Assembly: GCF_001548275.1 (NCBI RefSeq)
Contig: NZ_AP014945.1
Span: 630,001-662,000 of the forward strand
Reading direction: 5' to 3'
Source of the DNA: Caldimicrobium thiodismutans
Lineage (GTDB): Bacteria; Desulfobacterota; Thermodesulfobacteria; Thermodesulfobacteriales; Thermodesulfobacteriaceae
Length of the DNA: 32,000 bases
Below, piece by piece: positions 25,446 through 32,000 of this stretch; position 1 is the stretch's first letter, and every line of letters begins with the position of its first letter. The notes beneath the pieces are model-generated. The model was not told the DNA's origin. It worked only from the letters and a program-made list of their open reading frames with translations, and did no database searches. The position numbers and the translations under genes were made by a program.

Positions 25446-27248
25446 ATGCTTAAGGTAAACCTACAGGAGATTCCTCAGAGCTCAGGGATTTATCTTTTTA
25501 AAGGTCCAAGGGGAGAGGTTCTCTATGTAGGAAAGGCTAAGGACTTAAGAGCAAGACTTTCCAACTATTTTAAAGGTCAGCCCCTCTCTCCTAAAATTTA
25601 CCGTCTCCTTGAGCAAGCCCAGAGTATAGAGTATTTTCTCACTCAAACGGAAAAAGAAGCCCTTTTACTTGAGGCAACCTTTATAAAAAAGTATAGACCA
25701 AAGTATAATGTGCTTCTTAAAGATGACAAAAATTATCCTCTCCTTCGCCTCTCTTTACAGGAGGAATATCCTGCCCTTCAAATAGTTAGAAAGAGAAAAA
25801 AGGGTGATCAAGCCTTATATTTTGGCCCCTTTACCTCAGCCCGTGGTCTAAGAGAGATATTAAAGCTTCTTTCTAAGACCTTTCCTCTTAGAAAATGTAG
25901 TCTTGCTGAAATGAAACGCAGAAAAACTCCCTGTATTTATTTTCAGATCAAAAAGTGTTTAGCACCCTGTGTTAGAAATGTCCCCAAAGAGGAGTATCAG
26001 AAACTTGTGGATGCTGTGGTTGAATTTTTTCAAGGCAGAGGGGCTGAGTTACTTAAAAAATTAAAAAAAGAGATGGAAGCTTTAGCAGAAAATCTTGAAT
26101 TTGAGCGAGCTGCTTTCCTTCGGGATCGTATAGCAGATCTTAAAGAGCTTCTGGAAAGGCAGGCGGTTGTTTTAAGTCAACCTCTGGACCTTGACCTCTG
26201 GGAAAAAGTCTCTGAAAGAGAGAAGGATTTTTTTATAGTGCTTTTTATTCGCTATGGCTATCTCTATGGTTATCAGACCTTTCAGACAAAGAAACCACTC
26301 AATGGGGAAGATGCTCTTTCAAAGGCCCTTTTGCAGTTTTACTTGGAGGGAAAAATTATTCCGGATAAAATTTATGTCCCTGAAGACTTTGAGGATAGAT
26401 CTGAGTATGAAAAGATTTTGAGTGAAATGAGTTCAAAGCCAGTTCAAATCAAGACCCTTCCTGCAGAGAGAGAATATCAATATTTGAAGGAAGTAGCCAA
26501 GAAAAATCTTGAAAATTTTGTCCTTTCTGAAAAAAGAAAGGAGAAACCCTGGTATGCAGGGCTCTCGGATGAGCTTAAGAAAGTTTTTCGCTTAGTGGAT
26601 GACCCAAATAGTATAGAAGCCATAGATTTGTCTCAATATTATGGAAAGGCAAGGGTAGGGGCTATAGTTGCCTTCTATGAAGGAGAACCATACAAGAAGG
26701 GATATCGCTATTACAGGATTAAAGGACAGGGAAAAGATGATTTTTCTATGCTCTATGAGGTAGTTTACCGTCGCTTACGAAGGGGTCTTGAGGAAAATAA
26801 TCTTCCAGATTTACTCCTTATTGATGGAGGAAAAGGGCACTTAGAGACTGCCCTCAAAGCCGCAGAAGATTTGGGTATTAAGCACATATCTATACGAAGT
26901 GTGGCTAAAAACCAAAGACGGGAACCAGAAAAGGTTTTTATACCGGGGCGAAAAAATCCCCTTTTCTTACCCAAACACAAAGAGGTTTATCATCTGATTG
27001 GAAGGATTATGGCAGAAGCTCATCGTTTTGCCCAAAGTTTTGCAGAAAGGTCACTAAAAAGAGAAAGTATTTTCTCAGGGCTTGAAAATATATCTGGCAT
27101 TGGTCCAAAAAGAAGGGAAGTTTTGCTTAAAACCTTTGGAAGTCTTGAAGAAATAAAGGAAGCCTCTCTTGAAGAAATAGCAAGGCTTCCTGGATTTAAT
27201 AAAAAATTAGCTCAAATCTTAAAAGAGGCTCTTGCTAAACCGCATTAA
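25446..27248 (+). CDS. uvrC: excinuclease ABC subunit C
   Basis: GIY-YIG N-terminus (SGIYLFKGPRGEVLYVGKAKDLRARLSNYF), a UvrBC-interaction region, an endonuclease domain and a C-terminal (HhH)2 (ISGIGPKRREVLLKTFGSLEEIKEASLEEIARLPGF). The track start is TTG 25410. ATG 25446 (MLKVNLQEIP...) gives the usual spacing before GIY-YIG, so the start is uncertain by 36 nt. Confidence 0.9.
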   Translation: MLKVNLQEIPQSSGIYLFKGPRGEVLYVGKAKDLRARLSNYFKGQPLSPKIYRLLEQAQSIEYFLTQTEKEALLLEATFIKKYRPKYNVLLKDDKNYPLLRLSLQEEYPALQIVRKRKKGDQALYFGPFTSARGLREILKLLSKTFPLRKCSLAEMKRRKTPCIYFQIKKCLAPCVRNVPKEEYQKLVDAVVEFFQGRGAELLKKLKKEMEALAENLEFERAAFLRDRIADLKELLERQAVVLSQPLDLDLWEKVSEREKDFFIVLFIRYGYLYGYQTFQTKKPLNGEDALSKALLQFYLEGKIIPDKIYVPEDFEDRSEYEKILSEMSSKPVQIKTLPAEREYQYLKEVAKKNLENFVLSEKRKEKPWYAGLSDELKKVFRLVDDPNSIEAIDLSQYYGKARVGAIVAFYEGEPYKKGYRYYRIKGQGKDDFSMLYEVVYRRLRRGLEENNLPDLLLIDGGKGHLETALKAAEDLGIKHISIRSVAKNQRREPEKVFIPGRKNPLFLPKHKEVYHLIGRIMAEAHRFAQSFAERSLKRESIFSGLENISGIGPKRREVLLKTFGSLEEIKEASLEEIARLPGFNKKLAQILKEALAKPH

Positions 27249-27463
27249 ATTATTCCCTTACGCAGGACACTTTTCTTTTTAGAAAGGGCATCCTGATTTT
27301 TTGTCCACTTCGCTGTAAATTGTTTATAACAGGTCTCTCCACAAAAGTGCCAGGGTTTATTTACGCAGCAAGTTTTTACTGAAAGGGGCTCTCCAGTAAT
27401 GGTTTTACCACACCAGGAGCACTTAACCAGCCTTTTTCCCTTTTCCTTTACCTTTAGAGGCAT
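27245..27463 (-). CDS. small TRASH/FCS-like zinc-ribbon protein
   Basis: 72 aa. The cysteine pattern C-x2-C-x22-C-x3-C (CSWC...HFCGETC) fits the TRASH signature C-x2-C-x19-22-C-x3-C. The start overlaps the thi4 3' end by 41 nt in another frame. The stop shares TTAA with the uvrC stop. Confidence 0.55.
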   Translation of the reverse strand: MPLKVKEKGKRLVKCSWCGKTITGEPLSVKTCCVNKPWHFCGETCYKQFTAKWTKNQDALSKKKSVLRKGII

Positions 27464-28223
27464 TTTTTAAATCCTTTTCTATAATTTCAGCCAATTTTTT
27501 TCCGCTCATAAGCATCCCGCCAAAAATTGGGCCCATTCTTGGAAGCCCATAAACCGCACATACTGCAATCCCGGTAACATAAAGGCCTTGGGCAACTCTT
27601 CCTGTATGCTCAACCACCAGTCTTTCTGAGACCTCACTCCAGTTTGATTTTTCTCCAGCCATTTCAATTCCAAGTTCAGGATTTTTTCTACCTGCAATGG
27701 CAATCAGCTCAGCATCATGGCCAGTAGCATCAACCAAAGCCTTACAATGGGTGTAAAGAGGATCTACATGTAGACCTGAAAGCTGAATAGCTGTCCAGTG
27801 CCAGAGAACGCCTACCACTCTGGGAGGCGCATCTCTTACGATTACATCATCCACATTCACGCCTAAGAATATTTTTGCCCCTGCATCAAGAGCACCAGTC
27901 GCAAGCTTGGCAATAAGTTCCGCTGGGTCTATGGTGAAAAAGCCGTTTTCCACTTTTTTAGCTCTAATTTTAAAGTCTTCAACAATGGGTAAGGCCTCTG
28001 TCTGAACAACTATCTTAGGAATCATATTGCCCCCACCACCAATTCCACCCCCAAAAGAAAGCCTTCTTTCATAGATCAAGACCTTAAACCCTCTTTCCGC
28101 TAAATATTTAGCTGCTGTTAATCCTGAAGGACCTGCCCCTGCAATAAGAACATCTACATCACTAAAATCTTCAAGATCTCTCATTCCTTCACGAATGATA
28201 GCCTGATTAATCTGAAGTTCCAT
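27423..28223 (-). CDS. thi4: thiazole synthase Thi4 (archaeal/eukaryotic type; His variant at the suicide-Cys position)
   Basis: 266 aa. FAD/NAD fold DVLIAGAGPSGLTAA, then ERRLSFGGGIGGGG, ATGHDAE and GLPRMGPIFGGMLMSGKK. The LSGLHVDP segment aligns with yeast HTQSCMDP, placing His (nt 27768-27770) where yeast has Cys205. Confidence 0.9.
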   Translation of the reverse strand: MELQINQAIIREGMRDLEDFSDVDVLIAGAGPSGLTAAKYLAERGFKVLIYERRLSFGGGIGGGGNMIPKIVVQTEALPIVEDFKIRAKKVENGFFTIDPAELIAKLATGALDAGAKIFLGVNVDDVIVRDAPPRVVGVLWHWTAIQLSGLHVDPLYTHCKALVDATGHDAELIAIAGRKNPELGIEMAGEKSNWSEVSERLVVEHTGRVAQGLYVTGIAVCAVYGLPRMGPIFGGMLMSGKKLAEIIEKDLKNASKGKGKGKKAG

Positions 28224-28303
28224 AATTCACATTCCTCCAGATATTTTTTTTTAAAATAATAATACTCAAAAGATTTTCTTTGAGATGTAGTGAAAAAAAT
28301 AAC

Positions 28304-29821
28304 TTAACCTTTTGGGTTTTCAAAGGCCTCTTTGAAGATTTCTCTAAAGTGATAGCCACTTGCAATCTGGGCTAAAATTAAGGAGAGGCCTTCTCTTTTT
28401 TTAATGAAACATTTTAAGAAAATTTTCCAAAAATTAAATTTATTTTTCTCAAGCAGACCAAATTTCAATAGAATTTTTCCTAAACCAAGAAGATAACCAT
28501 AGTTAAACTTTAAATAATGTCTATCAATCGTGAATTTACTTTTGATAGAAAAACTATCTAAAAAGTCTTCAATTCTTTTATAATAAGCCTTAGAATTATA
28601 GAGCTCTCGGATCACTTTTTTATATCCCTCTATGAGTTTATTATAATCCATCTTGGGAAGGATATTTGTAGATATATCTGTATTATCACCTTTAAAGATT
28701 GGTTTTATGCGTCCTTCAGTTAGCAGCCTTTGATAAAGTTTAGTCCCAGGAGGGGCGTTAAGGAGGCCTACCATAGCAATAATTATTTTACTTTCTTGAA
28801 TAAAATTAATAAGTTTTTCAAAGATATCAGGAGGGTCTTGATCAAAACCAAGAATAAATCCTCCCATCACTTCAAGTCCTGATTTCTGAATCTTTTTTAT
28901 ATTTTCTACCAGGTCCCTTTGTAGATTCTGTTTTTTCTGAGCTTCTTCTAAACTTTTTTCATTGGGTGTTTCAATGCCAATAAAAACAGAGTTAAAACCA
29001 GCTTTTACCATGAGCTCCCTTAATTCCTCATCATCAGCAAGATTAATGGATACCTGTGTATAAAAGTAAAAAGGGTATTTATGCATCTCTTGCCATTTAA
29101 TTAAGGCGGGTAGAACCTCCTCCTTTACTTTACGCTTTCCCCCGATGAAATTATCGTCTACAAAAAAAACCGAACCTCTCCACCCTAAGGAATAGAGATT
29201 TTCAAGTTCCATAAGTATTTGTTCAGTGCTTTTAGTTCTAACGGCGTGGCCAAAAAGATTAGTTACATCACAAAAATCACAATTGAAGGGACAACCTCTG
29301 GAATACTGGATACACATACTGGTGTAAGGGGAAAAGTTAAGAAGGTGATAACTGGGGATGGGGCTTTTAGTAAGATCTGCATATTCTCCATCAGCTCTGT
29401 AAATTTTTTGATGGTTACCCTTTTCCCAGTCTACTAAAAACCTGGGAAGAGTAATTTCTGCCTCATCTAAAATAAGATGATCTACTCTATCCTCATAATC
29501 CCTCCAGAAAGTGCTAAAAAGAGGCCCCCCTGCCAAGACTTTTTTACCAAGGGCTTTAGCCCTTTTAATGACTTCATCAGTTGAGTCTCTCTGGACAGAC
29601 ATTGCACTTATAAGAACTAAATCAGCCTTTTTTAACACCTCTTCTGAAAGAGGGTTTACATTTAAATCCACGATCTCTAATTTCCAATCCTTTGGAAGTA
29701 GGCTGGCAACTGTAAGTAAACCCAACGGGGGATGCGTAGCTTTTTTATGAATCAGTTTTAAAGCGTGTCTAAAACTCCAGAAGGTATTAGGATAAGCTGG
29801 ATAAATTAAAAGGGCCCTCAT
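28304..29821 (-). CDS. B12-binding domain-containing radical SAM protein (DUF4070-type C-terminus)
   Basis: 505 aa. N-terminal Rossmann-like cobalamin-binding domain (LLIYPAYP...LGLLTVASLL...DLVLISAM) and radical SAM cluster motif YSRGCPFNCDFC (CxxxCxxC). The C-terminal extension is typical of this subfamily. Starts 13 nt after the response-regulator stop. Confidence 0.9.
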   Translation of the reverse strand: MRALLIYPAYPNTFWSFRHALKLIHKKATHPPLGLLTVASLLPKDWKLEIVDLNVNPLSEEVLKKADLVLISAMSVQRDSTDEVIKRAKALGKKVLAGGPLFSTFWRDYEDRVDHLILDEAEITLPRFLVDWEKGNHQKIYRADGEYADLTKSPIPSYHLLNFSPYTSMCIQYSRGCPFNCDFCDVTNLFGHAVRTKSTEQILMELENLYSLGWRGSVFFVDDNFIGGKRKVKEEVLPALIKWQEMHKYPFYFYTQVSINLADDEELRELMVKAGFNSVFIGIETPNEKSLEEAQKKQNLQRDLVENIKKIQKSGLEVMGGFILGFDQDPPDIFEKLINFIQESKIIIAMVGLLNAPPGTKLYQRLLTEGRIKPIFKGDNTDISTNILPKMDYNKLIEGYKKVIRELYNSKAYYKRIEDFLDSFSIKSKFTIDRHYLKFNYGYLLGLGKILLKFGLLEKNKFNFWKIFLKCFIKKREGLSLILAQIASGYHFREIFKEAFENPKG

Positions 29822-29834
29822 GGGAAAACCAGGG

Positions 29835-31226
29835 TCAGGCCTTTTCCCATTTTTTAATTTTATCCCTTAGGGTCTTTCTGTCAATACCAAGAAGTCTTGC
29901 TGCAAGGCTCCTATTCCACTTAACCTCATCAAGCACTTTTAGAATATAGGCTCTTTCAACCTCTTCAAGAGGCAAAATTTTAGCCCCCTCAGGTAAAACC
30001 TCCTCTATAAGAGCTTTTTCTGAAGCATCCTTTACCTCTGTTTCTCTATAATCAAAACCTGCGAAATAGAGATCTTTTTGCGTTATCTCTGAATTTTTGC
30101 TAAAAATAACTAATCTTTCTATTAAATGCTTCAATTCTCTCACATTGCCAGGCCAATTATATTCAAAAAATATTTTAATCACTTCAGGGCTAAATTTTTT
30201 AAGGGGCCTTTGATATTTTTCGCAGTAAAATTTAAGAAAATAATCTGTAAGTAAAGGAATATCCTCTTTTCTTTCTCTAAGGGCAGGTAAATGAAAGTGC
30301 ACCACATTTAAACGATAGAAAAGGTCTTCCCTGAAGGATCCTTTTTTGACCTCTTCCTTAAGATTCTTATTAGTTGCTGCAACAATTCTAACTCTTGCCT
30401 TAACAAGTTTAAGGCTTCCAACTGGTGAAAATTCTTTTTCTTCCACAACTTTAAGCAATTTGGCCTGAAGGTCAAGGGGAATATTCCCAATTTCATCTAA
30501 AAAGAGCATCCCATCTTGAGCAAGCTCAATTTTACCAATTTTAGAGGTATGAGCACCTGTAAAAGCCCCTTTTACATGTCCAAAAAGCTCACTTTCAAAA
30601 AGCGTGGGCACAATACAACTGCAGTCCACACATACAAAAGGGCCGGGATAGAGTTTATCAAATTCATGAATTTTTTTGGCTAATAAACCCTTACCTGTGC
30701 CAGATTCCCCGGTGATAAGAATAGTTGAATCTGTCTGAGCAATAATTTTGGCTTTATCTAAGATCTCTTTAATAAGTTTATTTTTCCCAATGAAAGGAAC
30801 TTTTTCGTCTTTTTCCAAAAGGCTCATCTTTAGATAGATATTTTCTAAGGTAAGCCTCTTTTTCTCTAAGGCCTTTTCTAAAGAGAGTTTGGCTTCATAA
30901 ATGGAAAAGGGTTTTTCAAGAAAATCAAAGGCCCCGGTTTTTATCGCATTAACCGCTGTTTCAATATTTCCATAAGCTGAAATAACTATAAACTGGGTAT
31001 CCAGATTGTTTTCCTGAAGCTCTTTAAGAAGTTCCAGACCATGTTCATCAGGAAGCTTAAGATCTAAAAAAACCACATCATATTCGTATTTTGAAAAGAG
31101 CTCTCTTGCGGTCTTCCCATCTGGAGCCAGATCTACTTCATATCCTTCCTTTGTAAAAAATTGAAAGAGACTCTCCCGAATAGAGATCTCATCATCAACT
31201 ATGAGTAGTTTAGCCTTAAAGGACAT
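29835..31226 (-). CDS. sigma-54-dependent response regulator (NtrC family)
   Basis: 463 aa. REC domain (LLIVDDE...VVFLDLKLPD) and AAA+ domain with Walker A GESGTGKG, ESELFGHVKGAFTGA (GAFTGA loop) and LFLDEIG. C-terminal Fis-type HTH (NRSLAARLLGIDRKTLRDKIKK). Confidence 0.93.
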   Translation of the reverse strand: MSFKAKLLIVDDEISIRESLFQFFTKEGYEVDLAPDGKTARELFSKYEYDVVFLDLKLPDEHGLELLKELQENNLDTQFIVISAYGNIETAVNAIKTGAFDFLEKPFSIYEAKLSLEKALEKKRLTLENIYLKMSLLEKDEKVPFIGKNKLIKEILDKAKIIAQTDSTILITGESGTGKGLLAKKIHEFDKLYPGPFVCVDCSCIVPTLFESELFGHVKGAFTGAHTSKIGKIELAQDGMLFLDEIGNIPLDLQAKLLKVVEEKEFSPVGSLKLVKARVRIVAATNKNLKEEVKKGSFREDLFYRLNVVHFHLPALRERKEDIPLLTDYFLKFYCEKYQRPLKKFSPEVIKIFFEYNWPGNVRELKHLIERLVIFSKNSEITQKDLYFAGFDYRETEVKDASEKALIEEVLPEGAKILPLEEVERAYILKVLDEVKWNRSLAARLLGIDRKTLRDKIKKWEKA

Positions 31227-32000
31227 CTTCTCTTAAAGCCTCCCTTGTAGCAAGGGGTAAGATAATTTCAAAAATAGCTCCTCCCCTGGGATTATTTTTT
31301 ACCCGAATATTTCCACCATGCCTTTTAATAATGCTATGGCAGATAGAAAGGCCAAGGCCCACTCCCTTTCCCTTCACCTTAGTAGTAAAAAAGGGATCAA
31401 AGATGTAGGGTAAAATATCAGGGGGCACACCCGGTCCAGTATCACTCACCTTTATCTCTATTCTATCATCTCTTGCCTTAGATTCAACTATGATCTCACC
31501 TTTTCCTTTCATAGCCTCACCAGCATTGCTGAAAAGATTTAAAAAGACCTGTTCCATTTGGGTAGGATTGGCATAAAAAGGAGGAATCCCTGGGTCTAAT
31601 TGAAAGGTAAACTTAATCCTTTTGAAGACCTGATAATCCCTGATAAGATCATAAATCCTCAAGATTAGCTCATTTAAATTTACCCATTCCTTTTTACCTC
31701 TTTCTGGCATGCCAAAATCCAGAAGGGCCTTAGCAATAATTCTACATCTTGTAGTAAGGGCTATGACCTTGTCAATAAGCTCTTGTAAGCGCTGATTCTG
31801 AGGAAATTCCTCTTTTATCATATTAGCATAAAGGAGGATGCCCCCAAGGGGATTATTTAGCTCGTGAGAGATTTCACCAGCAAGTTTCCCAAGACTTGCT
31901 AACCTCTCTGTGTGAAACCACTGAGGAAATCTTAGCCAGGCTCTCTCCTCAATAAAGAGGTGAAGGCTCCTTTTCTTACTTAATATAAGATTTAAAAGAT
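31216..32000 (-). CDS. sensor histidine kinase (partial; N-terminus lies beyond the window end)
   Basis: The track starts it at the internal Met at 31821, but the frame stays open to the window edge. That upstream stretch encodes the H-box (TERLASLGKLAGEISHELNNPLGGILLYANMI). The HATPase domain carries N, G1 and G2 boxes (NLFSNAGEAM, DTGPGV, GKGVGLGLS). 11-nt overlap with the response regulator gene. Confidence 0.88.
   Translation of the reverse strand, partial: LLNLILSKKRSLHLFIEERAWLRFPQWFHTERLASLGKLAGEISHELNNPLGGILLYANMIKEEFPQNQRLQELIDKVIALTTRCRIIAKALLDFGMPERGKKEWVNLNELILRIYDLIRDYQVFKRIKFTFQLDPGIPPFYANPTQMEQVFLNLFSNAGEAMKGKGEIIVESKARDDRIEIKVSDTGPGVPPDILPYIFDPFFTTKVKGKGVGLGLSICHSIIKRHGGNIRVKNNPRGGAIFEIILPLATREALREDVL

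Noticed and set aside
28224-28303. Possible TPP riboswitch or terminator between the radical SAM gene and thi4.
   Set aside because: Only 80 nt are available, and the conserved TPP-aptamer elements (for example CUGAGA) are absent. The one hairpin (CTCAAA-N8-TTTGAG) is short and AT-rich, so it is unlikely to be stable in a thermophile.
1-32000. Searched for mobile elements, prophage or defence islands, toxin-antitoxin pairs and integration at the tRNA-Leu gene.
   Set aside because: I recognised no integrase, transposase, recombinase, restriction/modification, Cas or phage-like ORFs. No direct repeat of the tRNA 3' end was seen. The gene content is housekeeping-like throughout.

Overview
AT-rich, very gene-dense chromosomal segment. 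Many neighbouring genes overlap by 4-20 nt, and three or four convergent pairs overlap at their 3' ends. Proteins are K/E/I-rich. It reads like core genome of a thermophilic anaerobic bacterium; a Thermodesulfobacteria-like lineage is only my guess and cannot be verified here. I support about 30 protein genes, one tRNA-Leu(UAA) and two disrupted PilZ-like genes. I see no rRNA, CRISPR array, transposase, integrase or obvious defence island.

Plus-strand blocks: a TPR protein, an MBL hydrolase, a small coiled-coil protein and thrC; then tRNA-Leu, an FmdB-type zinc ribbon, fixABCX, a PglB/STT3-type oligosaccharyltransferase and a cupin; then argB and valS; resB; uvrC. Minus-strand blocks: an MCP; a KaiC-like ATPase, its HTH partner and smc; an ABC-2 exporter pair and a CDF transporter; a histidine kinase, a sigma-54 response regulator, a B12-radical SAM enzyme, thi4 and a TRASH-like zinc-ribbon ORF.

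Most worth a second look:
- An orphan N-oligosaccharyltransferase with all catalytic motifs, packed tightly behind an electron-bifurcating-type FixABCX module.
- The uncharacterised thermophile-type KaiC-like/HTH pair just upstream of smc.
- The sigma-54 two-component system joined to a B12-radical SAM gene.
- A His-type (non-suicide) Thi4 overlapped by a TRASH-like ORF.
- Two tandem PilZ genes, each broken at a homopolymer.
- A purine-rich tandem heptamer array upstream of the tRNA promoter.

All family assignments come from motif reading and memory. No searches were run.
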